Shown in pieces: positions 25,976 through 39,103 of a DNA stretch of 64,000 nt. The stretch spans positions 15,352,379-15,416,378 of the forward strand of contig NC_069000.1 of NCBI RefSeq assembly GCF_001194135.2, given 5' to 3'. The DNA comes from Octopus bimaculoides. Lineage: Eukaryota. Both the position numbers and the translations under genes were made by a program. The notes under the pieces were generated by a model. That model was not told where the DNA came from. It ran no database searches and saw only the letters and a program-made list of their open reading frames with translations. Position 1 is the stretch's first letter; each line of letters starts with the position of its first letter.

Positions 25976-27220
25976 AATGATAATAGCCATAATAATAATT
26001 TCAAACTATGATACACGGTCTCAAATTTTTAGAAAACAAGTACAGTCGATTGAATGAAACCAGTTTTCCATTGATACTTTATTTATTATTATTATTCATT
26101 CATACGTTTATTCATTGCTCCACCACCAGTGCCAGATGAAGAAACTGGTAGTCGTGCTACATACCATGGTGCCTGTGACTGTTTAAACATAAAAAAAATA
26201 TACGGAATTGTTGAAAACAGAATCCTGTATTATACGCAGTGGGAATAGTCGTGCATGAGTTTGTGTAACAATGAGTTCTCTAATACGCAGATACAATCGA
26301 CTGTGACTAGTTTTCTAAAAAAAAAAAAAATTGAGGCCATGTAGCCTTGTTAGGAAACATTTTTCAATATTTAGTGAATTTTCTTTTAAGACGGCGAGCT
26401 GGCAGAACCTTTAGCATGCCGGGCGAAATGCTTAGCGATCCTTCGTCCGTCTTTACGTACCGAGTTCAAATTCCGCCGTAGCGGCGGCAACAGGCAGGTT
26501 GATTTTCTTGAGAATGCGAATTTTCAGACTCTGGTGAGCAATGTTTGAGGGTAACGGAAGCGACATTTTCAGGACCAGAAGTCTCGCTGAATTGAAGGTA
26601 CTAAAAGGCAATTTCCGTGACTACCATCTGGTACCCAGAGGCCAGATGGAGGTGTCAAGTCAGGGAAGAGAGAGAGAGAGAGATATTGGGGAAAACAGAC
26701 ATTTAGACACTAAAAAAGAGGAAGGAGGGCTTCTCTGTCACATATAACGGGACTACATTATAATAGAAGAATAATTGTTATTTTTGTTGTTGTTTGGCAC
26801 AGAATCGATCATTATTAAGCAGATCGAAGATCAAAAGCAATTCCATTTTACGATTATATCGCCTCTTTTTGTTAAGTACAAGTGAAACTAGAATTTATAG
26901 GCACTAGAGTGTGATTTGAGAATGATTTAGCTACTGTTTCTTGCATGTCAAGTGACCACTTAGAGGCGCCCTCGTTGTTTCGGAGAAAATATGTTGAATG
27001 TAATATCACAAGGTCACATTATACTTGTAAGGAATTTTATCGGCTTAGTTATGGTGGAAATTGCAATGTTATCAACAAAACAAATAGAATTTATATCACG
27101 TCATTTCTATTTTCAGTTGATAGTAAATTTTGGCTTTCAAAGAGCTTGATTGACAATGTAAATAAACTTATGCATATAAGCAGGCGCACACTTCCATACA
27201 TACGTAAGCACATAATGCAT

Positions 27221-27259
<39 letters not shown>

Positions 27260-27873
27260 TACATACATACATACACACACAGAGGCAAAAAATTACAATA
27301 ACGTAGGCCTATCTAGCGGGGTATTTTGTAGATATAACACCCAGACGATAGTTCTAGATTTATACCTGTGATCATTGGGTTACGTGGTTAAAATTTGACT
27401 AACAGCCAGAACCAGTCTTGAAAAACTGTACTTTATATAACCGGAAAAGACACGACTAATTGGGAAATTATTTTTAGAAATGATTGGTGGAACTGTAAAA
27501 ATATGTAGAACATTTCCAGACGTTTAAGCCAATCGTATAGACACATAAACATACATGAACGCAAATACATACAGGCAAATCACTCACTCACACACACTTA
27601 CACAAATTTATATCTACCATTTATTTCATTATGGTATATAATGTGTGTGCTCTCAGATATTGACCAGCAAGCCTTCAAACATATGTGGTAGGATAAGATT
27701 CGAAACCTCTACAGAGTTCATTAACTTGTTACCAGTTCAATATGTTTGAGGCATATTCGAACCCGTAACTAAGCCGTTCACTGTATTTTGTGATGGAGAA
27801 AAATTCTCGTCGTAGAGAAATAGGTGTAAACACACCAGTTCAGTCCCGAAGATCCCTACTACCCAGATCGATA

Positions 27874-27913
27874 GATACATGCATTTCGGAGCAGTTATCT
27901 CCTCTTCAGCACC
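27874..27913 (-). ncRNA. Minimal hammerhead-like motif (G at cleavage position)
   Basis: Reverse complement ggtg-CTGAAGA-GGAG-ataactg-CTCC-GAAA-tgca-TG-tatc; ATGCAT palindrome. Confidence 0.5.
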
Positions 27914-28658
27914 GAACACTGCAAAAGGGCGGTGCTACGCAATGACAACGAGTAACCAGGTCTCTCTTATATACCAGTCAAAGTATTGTAACTGCACTAA
28001 TCGGCGGCCCGGACGTAATAAAATGTGATGTTTACTAAATATAATTTTTTACGTGTTCGGATAGGCATATTTGAACTGGTAACAAGTTCCTGTTTGTATA
28101 CATTACTGCAAAGTGTTTCTAATCCGTATTTTACTATAGGGTTCATATAGCTTCCTTGTGATATGAGCCTTCTCAAATCAGGGTTACTCGTACAGATTTT
28201 TGCTCATACTACACAGATGTTGCTATGTATTTTGATTTTGCAAATTAGTATGCTTTTATATGGCTTGTATAGCCAGCTTATGACAGAAGTCATTTATAAA
28301 GAGCGCATTTCTCACTCTTGATCTCATCGGATGCATTCATGATAACCTTCCTTTCTCAAAGTACGTCTTAACTGTGCAAGTTGCCTTTTGGCTAGCTGAA
28401 AGCTATTGGAACCTTCGTTCAGCAAAAAACTCATTTCACTTCTATCAGTTGCTTTATCTTCCCAGGATTATACATCCGGTTTCAATTTCACTAAGTTACC
28501 ACGAATACAATCCTTGTACCATTTCATTGGCTTATGTTATGGTCACTTTTCAAATTGTAGCTCCCCATAAAATAACTGCATGGGCGTTCTTACATCTGAC
28601 GTACCTACATGCATGTACATATATGCTTACATACATACATACATACGTGCGTGCGAAC

Positions 28659-28985
28659 GTACCAATCATCATAGGTGCATTAGGTTATGTACCAACAAAT
28701 TTAAACAGAAACGTAGAAATACTCGGTTTTCCGAAGAAAGAGCAAAAGAATCTGACGTGGATTCTCCAAATCCAATCTATTAATGGCACAGTGAAGAATT
28801 GTAAGACATTCCAGAGATTCTCCATCTGAGATTCTTTAGGTGAATAGATGCACAGACTTAGGTGTGTGCATCGATAGTTCAACCAACACACCTTCACAAC
28901 CACATATTTACAAACACCAGGAACTCTCTCAACTCGAAACGTCTTGTCGCTTTTTTACCAACAGCCTGAACACTCTTGAAAAATA
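28659..28985 (+). mobile_element. R4/Dong-like (restriction-like endonuclease) LINE 3' fragment
   Basis: VPIIIGALGYVPTNLNRNVEILGFPKKEQKNLTWILQIQSINGTVKNCKTFQRFSI* (stop at 28829) matches the PI(V/I)IGALG...LQ...GT C-terminus of RLE-type non-LTR elements, followed by UTR. Confidence 0.7.
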
Positions 28986-29184
28986 TACATACAGACATAG
29001 TTACACACACACACATATGTACTCGTATATAGGCTTTATCTTAACGGAGCCCCATCCTTTAGGATTTCGAACACCACGCTGAAAAAGCCAAAGAAATATT
29101 TCAGTTTATTGATTATAAATCGTTTCTCTTTATTATTTCTAGCGATCCAAAGGAGAAAAGGAAAGGAGGGTTATATGTGACCGA

Positions 29185-29365
29185 TGAATCTGCTATAAAT
29201 AGCAGCTAAATCTCCTTTAAACCAAACAGAAATGGCTTAAAGAGAGGGCATGTTGAATAATGCTGTTGTAAACACTTGTAAAAAATAAATAGGATGGTCA
29301 CGGTTTGGATATCTTAAATTACGAGCCCTGCTCGATATTGACTGACCTGGGGCTAAACAACAATC
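29185..29365 (+). repeat. Dispersed repeat family G (ggatggtcayggytggaatg...gacctggggctaaacaacaa)
   Basis: Further diverged copies near 29450-29640, 30920-30970, 46390-46520 and 61130-61190 (+), and 20140-20185, 35900-35950, 49130-49215, 57410-57500 and 58290-58345 (-). Confidence 0.6.
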
Positions 29366-30404
29366 ACTACTACTATTGCTGTTGCTACTACTAGTAGTAG
29401 TGGTAGTAGTAGTAGTAGTAGTAGCGAGTCGTAGAGTATGTCACAATGCGTAAATCTCTCGACCAAAATCATAACCCAACCAACTTAAAAACAAGGAGGG
29501 AAATAAATTATTGTTTGCGTACATAACAATTCAATCCTGGATTCATATTATACCGTGAAACAAAAGCAAGATGGCCATGGTTTGAATGTCTTTTGATCAT
29601 ATGACTGCTCAATCAAGGGTGACCTGAAGCTAAATGACATCCTTTTAGGGGTTTGCTCTTTACTTACCTAATATACTGAGCCAGAACAAAGTAACTACGT
29701 GTTGACCTTTAAACGATACAGCTACTTTGTCACAAGCCTCACCTTTGCCGGCAGTTTGACAGGCAGACAAACAGACACTATATTGAACCTGGGTCAGCCG
29801 CGACCTATAAAATATATCTTTTAAATAATGCCCATTGTTCGGTTATTTCTGAGGGAAAAAAAGCGAAATTTAATAGGTTTTTTTTTTTCTTTTTCGATGA
29901 ATAGCTCATATTATTAGATAACCGGTTCTGCTTTGTTCACTGGGAGTGTTTCACCATTTTACCTGTGCATCCGTGTAACGTAGTACGGCGAAAAGGCTTA
30001 TACAGAGAAATATAGGGTTTGCCATATCAGTTTCATAAAAAGCAGCACGAAATTTTCAAAAAGTAACGGGTTGTATTAGCAACGTGACTCAAAAGGATAT
30101 TTTTTCTAGTAAATGATATAAATATATATTAAGTTATCGCCAAGCCAACATGGCAGTCCAAAAAGTAGGACGAATGCTGCCGTTGATTAGCTCCAAGAAG
30201 CCATCGCCTCTAGCTAGCTATGCGACACACGAATCTGTGTCCATTATAACCTTCGAACAGGGGAGGTCAGCCGCTTCCCTTTGCTGGTCTGGCATCTACA
30301 GACTAGTTTCGAGGTATTGCCTCTTATCAATGTAGAGCAGCCGAACCCAGCGGGTGTCGCATGCATGTATGTGTGATCTCTCTTTGAGTTTTATTTAAAT
30401 TCTT

Positions 30405-30600
30405 GAAAGAGTTCAAGCCGGTCGCTAGCAAAGTGTCAAACGTTGTTGAGTTAAGAGAATTCTCAGTGTTTGTAAATGTGGTTGTTGAGTTGTAAATATG
30501 TGTTGGCTGAACCGTCGATGCATATATTCAAATGTATGCATCTATTCACGTTAGATTCTCAGATGGAGAATTTTTGGAATGTCTTACAAGTCTTCACTGT
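30405..30600 (-). mobile_element. Second, more 5'-truncated copy of the 28659-28985 LINE end, inverted
   Basis: Reverse complement acagtgaagacttgtaagacattccaaaaattctccatctgagaatct... (TVKTCKTFQKFSI*) aligns by eye with 28788-28985. Confidence 0.75.
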
Positions 30601-33326
30601 ATGTACTATGTATGTGTGCGAATGGGTGTGTGTGTATGTATGTGTGCATGTGTATGTAGTATCTAATAACAGTTTGGCTCAGCTCTAAGCAACTTGAAGT
30701 TTCGTAGGCTCGTAGAACTTGACTTCTCGGGTATTTGGGAATGAAGTGATAGGGTATGGGATGAGTTCAAGATAGCTACCGGATGTTCGGCCTCTATTGA
30801 TCAGTTCTGGTCACGTGATGTTCTTGGTTTGGAATCGACATTAATTCTGTTTTTTGTTCTGTGGTTTATTTGTACGGTAAGGTAGGTAGCTGTTGCTACT
30901 GTCTGGAAACTGCGTATATTTGGTCACGGCTTGAATATCTTTAATTCAAACCTGCTCGATATTGACTGAATATATATATATATATATATATATATAATGT
31001 ATATATTCTTTTACTTTCTCTTTTACTCTTGTACTTTGTTTCAGTAATTTGACTGCTGCCATGCTGGAGCACCGCCTTTAGTTGAGCAAATCGCCCCCAG
31101 AAATTATTCTTTGTAAGCCTAGTACTTATTCTACTGATCTCTTTTGCCGAACCACTAATTTGTAGATCTTCCACCAGCTGGTTATCGGTACAACTCTGCA
31201 CCCTTTATATACAATATATATTGCTAGCATGGAGAGCGGACCCTTACCATCCTCCAGCAGACAACAGGATCGCAAGACTAATTCAGTTTTGAGCTGCTTG
31301 GCTTTTTATAACTAGCCGTTTTGCTTGTAAATTTTCCTTTCTTTTGTTAGTGATAGAGTTCTCAAAGCTTTTTTTCTGTTTTTCATATGTATGTACGTAT
31401 CCAAGAGGAAAATAGTGACGGCGTGTTGTTGTTAACGCCGGGTATAACTTAATTCAACAGACCTACAATTCAAACTTTTCCTGTCATGATAATCTTATAT
31501 TTTCGCTAGGAAATGTGGTATCAAAGACAATCTCATTCTAGCTCCTTTTGAATTATTTACATATCAACAGGTTAATTAAATCTCATCCGTGAGAAAATTT
31601 TATTACTTGTGATCTGAGATGTCACGTGAAACATTATACAGGTTGCTCTGGAACCTGTTGTATAAAATGGTAATTTTTAAAATTATTTTGAATTGCGTCC
31701 CTCCTATTTTTGGACGGCAGAGTGTACTGTAGTTTGGGATTTTGCTGCGTTATTTTTAGCAGGGCGAACGACCACATTGAGATCAAGTCATTGACTCATC
31801 AATGAGGGAAAGAGGGAGGGAGAGAGAGAGAGAGAGAGACCGAGACCGAGGTAGACGGTTTCACATTCAAGACCTTGAAATAACCAGAGAGAATAAACGA
31901 TCCACCAAAATAGCAATTGATGCAATCGCTCGATTCTCGAATGATGCCTTTAAACGGTCTTTTTGCTTTTAATTTCTGAGACTGTTGCACTCTAATGTAA
32001 AAATGAAATAAGTGTTTGATACATAAGGGAAGGTGTTCAAATCATAGAGGTTCCGGTAGTTTACGGTGTTTTACAGGATTGCTTTGCTTTCATTTTATGA
32101 TATATAACTAGTGGTTATTTTATAGTGTCGTGACAAGTTTCGCTTAAGTCAGCCTTGTATATTGTTATATCATTGCCAATTTATTGATTTTTCACTTGGC
32201 TAAAGCGTTAACGAAAAATTATATTCGCTATATTATGGACGGACGGACACACACACGCAAACACACATACTTACACACACACATATACATACATACAAAA
32301 ATAAATACATACTTATATGACTTAAGCATATGTAGTGTTACTGGACTACTTGAAGTCTTTTGATAGTATACCACTTTGGCTAACTGTAACAGTTACCCAA
32401 AGTTCCACAGCCACTAGTGAGTGCTATTGAATTCCTGACCAAGATTTGGTACATCACCGTGCTCCTTAGGAGTGATAAGGAGTAAATTGGGTTGCATAGC
32501 ATTCATTCATAAAAGGCGTCCTTCAAGACGGTAGCCTGTCGGTGTTGCTCTCCGCCTTTTCATTAAACCCGCTATCATACTTGCTCACAAAAACATAGCA
32601 GCCATAGAAATCAATCCAGAAGTATCCCCCGTCTATTCTTTGTTGGCGACCTGAAACTGTATGAACCAAATGTCTATCAGTTATCAACCAGATGGTATTA
32701 CTCAGTTTTGTACCATTAATGATAAGACTGAGATGCTTCCCATGGTGCCGGTGCCCATTAAAGTTGCGGAGAATATTGGACCGACGACAAACAGTATATG
32801 GATAACAGGCAATACAGAAGCAGACATACGAACGTGAATAAATGTAATTCAGGACGATGAGCGAAGGACAAAGGCGAAATAAATAAGAAACGTACAGAAT
32901 ATAGCCTTAAGGCCAAAAGAAAACGAATGGTGGGTAACACTCAGAGGGCAATCCTAAAGAATTAGAAAGGGGACAAATAGTAAGACGGGCCACCTGTGGG
33001 GACTCGAGAATTTAGGGCTGGTCACTAATGCAACCGGTGTAAAAGAAAAAAAGAAAAAGAATCAGAGAAAGAAAGGCTGGCCACGAGTTACGTGTCAGCA
33101 GCAGGCAGAGGAGAAAGAGGGTGAGAAAGAGAAAATGGAAGGCACGAGGAAAGAAAAAGGAAAAAAAGAAAAGCTGGAAATAGAAGTGAGAGGGTGAGAG
33201 AGAGATATTGTTTGTTGAATGGTCGTACATACTGAATAGCGACAGTGAATGATCGGTTTTGAACGAGTAAATACACCCTGCTTCATGAATTCAGTATTCC
33301 TTCTCCCATTTGTACATTCTATCACG

Positions 33327-33373
<47 letters not shown>

Positions 33374-33674
33374 ACATATACCCTAGTGAATCTAGAGCCA
33401 GGTGAAACAATCTACATACAATATAAATAAATTTACAAAAACACGTATACATGCATGCATACATACATACGTACACACATGCATATATATATATGCGTAT
33501 GTATGTATGTATATATATATATATATATGCATCTTTCTCTTCCTCTCTTTCTCCCCCCATACCCACCTTCCCCTNNNNNNNNNNNNNNNNNNNNNNNNNN
33601 NNNNNNNNNNNNNNNNNNNNNNNNNNNNNNNNNNNNNNNNNNNNNNNNNNNNNNNNNNNNNNNNNNNNNNNNNN

Positions 33675-33718
<44 letters not shown>

Positions 33719-34068
33719 AAAAGACTCATGACTAAGAAACTGAAGAAGTGGGTGGTAGGGTGAAGAGGAGAGACAGGCAGAAAATGAGGAAATGGAACAA
33801 AGAGGGAAGAGATTTGTAGTTTACTCTAACCATTGTTTCCTGTTTTATAGGTTCTGCAACCAGTAGGTAGGCCATCTGCCAATTTTTTTTGCAGCGGTTT
33901 CCCACCATTTTCAACTCTTTCCGCATACATTAGCAGTTTCGTTTCTTTATTTATTTACATTTTCGGGTTAAATTAAAAAAATATTATTCTGATATTATTG
34001 TGGCTTAATTTGTCATCGTAATAATGCTTAACTCAAAAGAGTTTTCCACTACAAAAGAATTGCTAATG

Positions 34069-34202
34069 CAATACAAAAATCTGGAAATAGAGGTAACTCG
34101 AATGTGGAGCCTAAAAGCAGAAACAATTCCTATCATAGTAGGTGTATTAGGTACGATAAATGAAAGAAAAAAGTACATACAGACAAATACATAACAAAAA
34201 CA
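34069..34202 (+). mobile_element. R4/Dong-like RLE LINE C-terminal fragment (different subfamily)
   Basis: QYKNLEIEVTRMWSLKAETIPIIVGVLGTIN matches the KYxDLxIExxRMW...PIIxGxLG motif of the RLE domain. Confidence 0.7.
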
Positions 34203-34325
34203 GCTGTACTTAATTTATCGACCCCGAAAGGATGAAAAGCAAAATCAACCTCAGTGGAGTTTGAACTCAGAACATAGCATTTCGTCCAGCATGCTAATGA
34301 TTCTGCCTTTAATAATAATAGTACC

Positions 34326-34344
<19 letters not shown>

Positions 34345-34362
<18 letters not shown>

Positions 34363-34830
34363 CTTCGTTTATTGGCCATATGAGCCTACATAGAACACAA
34401 ATACAAAGGCACAAACGGAAGGGTTTACCGTGTAAACATATAAGACAATAACAAAAATTAGTAATACAGTTAAACAATTACAATTCCCCAATAGGAGATT
34501 TCGAAGGGAAATGCATACAAACTTCACAGAAAAAAATCACGGTTTCCCGGACCACTTAGGCAATGCTTTCTCTCTCTTTTACTTCACTCAGACGCACATG
34601 CTCATAGCAGGCCCGTTCACACAAACCATGCTCGCCACTCTCGTCCACCTTTCAATAAATTTGCAAGGAGGGGGGAGCACCTCCCTCTCCACTCTGATCC
34701 GCCTCTTCAAGTGAAACCTAAAAAAGTTGATCAGAGATTCGCCAGAGAGGAAAGTGCCCGTCTTCAGCCCTTTCAGTCTTGTCCACCACACGACCTCTCT
34801 CGCAATGGCCACAAGCAGGTGAAAACTATC
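34345..34830 (-). mobile_element. Tx1/L1-like LINE 3' end
   Basis: FHLLVAIAREVVWWTRLKGLKTGTFLSGESLINFFRFHLKRRIRVEREVL...FIERW resembles the Tx1-clade ORF2 C-terminus. It is followed by a 3' UTR ending aataaacgaagc and (att)n. Confidence 0.6.
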
Positions 34831-35201
34831 CGACCTTCCGACCAAAGTCGAGCTCGGTAGCATTTGAACTCAGAACATGAAGAGCTGAAAGAAATACCGC
34901 GAAGTATTTCTAGCAGGTGCTAATAGTAGCAATAGTAGTGGTGGTAGTAGTAAATATATTGGTTTCAAATTTTGGAACAGAGATAGTACTTTCGGGGGAG
35001 GATTAAATCGATTAAATTGACCCTAGTACTCAACTGGTACATATTTTATCGACTTCGAAAGGACGAAAAGGCAAAGACCAGCTCGATGAAATTTGAACTC
35101 TGTATGTTGAGACAAGCGAAATACTGCTAAACATTTTGCCGGGTGTGCTAATGATTCTGCTAGCTCGCTGCCTTAATAGCAGTAAATATATTAATGAAAG
35201 T

Positions 35202-35590
35202 GGAGGCACAATGGTTCAGTGGTTAGGGCAGCGGACTCGCGGTTATAGGATCGCGGTTTCGATTCCCAGACCGGGCGTTGTGAGTGTTTATTGAGCGAAA
35301 ACACTTAAAGCTCCACGAGGCTCCGGCAGGGGATGGTGGCGAACCCTGCTGTACTCTTTCACTACAACTTTCTCTCACTCTTACTTCCTTCCTGTTTCTG
35401 TTGTGCCTGTAATTCAAAGGGTCATCCTTGTCACACTGTGTCACGCTGAATATCCCCGAGAACTACGTTAAGGGTACACGTGCCTGTAGAGTGCTCAGCC
35501 AGTTACACGTTATTTTCACGAGCAGGCTGTTCCGTTGATCGGATCAATTGGAACCCTCGACGTCGAAAGCGACGGAGTGCCAACAACAAC
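35202..35590 (+). mobile_element. SINE family C (tRNA-derived head, about 390 bp, (CAA)n tail)
   Basis: ggaggcacaatggttcagtggttagggcagcggactcgcgg...ggtttcgattcccagacc (A and B boxes), ending gacggagtgccaacaacaac. A near-complete minus copy lies at 1555-1943 and a partial one at about 17400-17600. Confidence 0.85.
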
Positions 35591-36139
35591 AATATTAATG
35601 AAAATTCATTTGTTTTCCTCTTTGTTTTCTTTGTCGTACTCACAAATAAAAATTTAATAGTTTGCTTTGACATTTTCTAATGAGAATTATTAAGAAATGG
35701 GTGATCAACTAACCCTATTGTCTATAAAGAGAATAGGATATCCAATTTTCTGGGAAACCTTTTCAGAAACCTAAACTAGAGTGACTCATTGGGTTTGTTC
35801 TTTATATGCTTTTTAAAAAAATCTTTTCTGAGTGTTCGTGAGAGAACGTATGCTCACGGGGGTGGCAAGCTAACAATATAAACTTCAGTTACGAAATTTA
35901 ACGCTAAGTTAGCCCTGATCGCGCAGGCCTGTACTGAAATGGCATTCCAATAATTTCTATTCTGTGCTTTTTTATATCTACTATTACATTACGCCCTTCG
36001 GTGGGTTTTAGTTTTTAGTTCTACTGGGTGTCCAGGTACACCGGATTTGATGCTGACCACCCGACTATGAAATGGGGTGTTACCAGTTAAACTGATGAGT
36101 TCCTTATGAATCAACGACGACCATCCAGTTGGGGAATGC

Positions 36140-36843
36140 AATGGCAAACCACTGAATAAAAAGTCTTTAATCATTTCACCACTGGAGAAAGTTGGAAGGA
36201 GTTCTTTTTGCAATATGGACAGATATTTATCTGAGATTTATGTTTCCCTCACACTCCACCAGCTCTGATCGACCATTGCTCCAAATTGCTCCCCAGGCCA
36301 TCACAGAATAGCTACCATGTTTCATTGTTGGCTGCAATCTTTTCACATCAAATTCTTGATCACAGTCTCCAGACCCACACTCGACCACTGTCAGGAAATA
36401 CAATAAATCTGAACTCAACAGAGAATATGACAGTGTCCCAAAATGCTAGTTGCCTCTCCACCATCTCACTGGCCCGATCTTTTCTCAGCTTGATGTTGGC
36501 TGGTTGAAGAAATGGCTTCCTTCTTGCTGCTCCGTCATAGTAACCAAGTTTGAAGAGATATCAGACAACTGTCCTGGGACTGACATCAACTTGTTCTTCT
36601 ATGTCAGAGGCCTTGCAACGAGAATTATCCCCCACACTTCTCTTAACAAAGAGATGGGTCCTGGTTGATCTGGGCGAAGTGATGTGGACTCCTTCTCTCT
36701 GGTGAATTGCACACTGCAGAAAGCAGGATCCCAAAGTTTTCTGCGATTTTACGTCATGTCGACCTTTAGAAATTACTCACTATACGGCCTCTTTGAAATT
36801 CAGACAGTTCCAAGGCTTTTTTTTTTTTTTTTGTACATGGCAT
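36140..36843 (-). pseudogene. Tc1-like (DD34E-type) transposase remnant, frameshifted and 3'-truncated
   Basis: Minus-strand fragments: ATG at 36843, [86 protein letters not shown]. No matching TIR pair found. Confidence 0.85.
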
Positions 36844-38272
36844 GATTAAACAGTCACATATAGAACCTGAAACATCAAAATGTCAACTAATAAACAATAT
36901 AAACCTTTACACGTTAGAATTAACATAAAACGATCTTTTATGGGGTATCTCTTTACTTGTGTGTGTGTGTGTGTGTGTGTGTGTACACACACACACACAT
37001 ATATGGAAAGAAAGAGAGAGAAAGAGAGTAAACGTAGTATAACCGAAAGGTTTAGTTAGTTTACTTCACACTCATGAGATCCCAGGTTCGATTCCGCTTC
37101 CGGGCACCTGAGGCAAGTCATTTACTATAGCCTCGGGTCGACGCAAACCTTACGAGTGATATTATAGAAGCTCGTCAGATGGATTTTATTTCTCTGATTG
37201 AAAAAACGTTATAGGCTTGTGACGCACTGATTCTGCCCGAGAATTACGTTCGTTAACGGTATCTGCATCTGCGGAATGTTCAACCACTTACACATTAACA
37301 CAAGTGCAGGTAATTTAGTTGATTGAACAATGGGTTTTCGTCAGTTTCGAAAAGGATTGTTCTAATTGTTCATTCATCGGAACCACCTATTCATTGAATC
37401 AGCGTGAAAAACGGCCAAGTTTTCTCATAGAAATGTGTACTTTTGATATAACTCTGAGAGAATGAACAGTCACATGACAGCGTTGATTCGTCCCCTTTGA
37501 ATTGCAGGTCTGATGGGCTTCCGAACAGTTTCTGTGTACCCAATTTTCTCTCGCAAGGATTGCATTCATCCAATGGTATGTTAACCATACTTGCATCCAT
37601 GCGTTGTTTAGCCCCCAGGATCGACTCTAAGCAAATGTCTTAACCATACAGCCAACATTTATCTTATACTATGCATCTTTCCTTTCATCTTTTATTTGTT
37701 GCAGTCATTAGACTGTGGCCATGCTGGGGCACCACCTTGAAGAATTTTTAATTGAATGAATTGATATCAGCACATATTTCTTTTTAAAGCCTGGTACTTA
37801 TTCTATTGGTTATTTTAACGAACCGCTAAGTTATGGGGTATGTAAACACAACACAGGTTGTTAAGAGGTGGTGGAGGACAAACACACACACACATCTGTC
37901 TATATACATGGCTGTCTACTAAATCCACTCACAAGGCCTTGGTTGGCTTCAGGCTATAGAAGACACTTGCCCAAGGTGCTACACAATGGACTGGACCGAA
38001 AGCCATGTGATTAAGTGACAAGTTTCTTACCACCCAGCCACGTCTGACTTTTTCACTATAAAATATTTGTGTCCTACTGAATAGCTTTCATAATGCAATT
38101 ATAAATTTTATCAGATGGACTGTGAAGTTTTCCGCATGAATTTTGTGAAACATCAGAATTTCTGAAAGCAGTTCTGCATCACTGTACCTGAACATTCTAT
38201 GCCATGTTGCCACAAAGTCTAAAGTAGCCAGATTTTAGTTGCGATTTTTTTCCCTTCTTTGGACTTTCCTAT

Positions 38273-38307
38273 ATTTCCGACGAAGAGCTCCGCTCGAAAC
38301 GTCAAAT
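38273..38307 (+). ncRNA. Minimal hammerhead-like motif (variant core)
   Basis: attt-CCGACGA-a-GAGC-tcc-GCTC-GAAA-cg-TC-aaat: 4-bp stems I and II, palindromic ACGT stem III, GUC triplet. Confidence 0.5.
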
Positions 38308-39039
38308 TCTCTTTCTTTCCTGAGCGTCCAGTAACACAATCTGTATCACGTTGTTTTTTTATCTTTTTCCTTTTTTGAACCTATATATATATATATATAT
38401 ATATATATACTCTATTGGTTAGTTCAGTAATAGTAGATTCAATGTACAAGCCAATGAGGATCTTCTGTAACTGATAATCGAGTAGGGAAGAAATAGCAAC
38501 CAACTTTCACCCTATAGGTATACAATACAATACTTACAATTGACAATCCCTGTAACTCCTTGGTGGGGGTCATTGGGGTGCTGCAGCCATGCAGCGTATT
38601 TTTGGTGAGAAAGTCTGGCGGAGCCCATCCCTCTCCGGACTCATTTATCGTTGCGGGTGGCANNNNNNNNNNTCCCTCTCCGGACTCATTTATCGTTGCG
38701 GGTGGCACATAAAATACACCATTTTGAGCGTGGCCATTGCCAGTATCGCCTGACTGGCCTTCATGCCGGTGACACGTTAAAGCACCCACTACACTCTCAG
38801 AGTGGTTGGCGTTAGGAAGGGCATCCAGCTGTAGCCATCGGGTTTCACCAGTCCTCAGTCAAATCGTCCAACCCATGCTAGCGTGGAGAGCGGACGTTAA
38901 ATGATGAGTGGACAGGAGTAACATGAAATGAAGTGTTTTGCTGTAGAACACAACATATTGCCTGGTCCAGGGATTGAAACCATAATCTTACGATCATGTG
39001 TCCAATACCCTAACCACTAAGCCATGCACTTCAACACTT

Positions 39040-39103
39040 GAAACAAAAATATAATAAAGGAACAGCAAAGAAGCAAAATGGTTTTTAAAAATGAGACTTT
39101 ATT
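39040..39103 (-). terminator. Candidate polyadenylation site for the NUAK transcript
   Basis: Minus strand has AATAAA (39103-39098), a CA about 18 nt downstream (39080-39079), then a U/GU-rich tract (ttttgcttctttgctgttccttt). Canonical layout, but no transcript evidence. Confidence 0.4.

Noticed and set aside
26625-26651. Small hairpin CCATCTGG...CCAGATGG and the surrounding 68-aa ORF
   Set aside because: An 8-bp stem is unremarkable, and candidate splice boundaries give stops in all three frames.
28789-30599. Possible 1.8-kb Tc1 element with about 200-bp TIRs starting CAGTG
   Set aside because: The arms are coding and UTR sequence of an RLE LINE 3' end that continues leftward past the supposed terminus, and the left flank is CA, not TA.
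35202-35280. tRNA-like sequences here and at 6282-6350, 21240-21313 and 1870-1943
   Set aside because: They have A/B boxes but continue into SINE bodies, and I could not build a full cloverleaf; treated as SINE heads.
38631-38706. Direct repeat across an 11-N gap (also 15740-15874)
   Set aside because: Identical sequence on both sides of a minimal gap is most likely an unmerged contig overlap.
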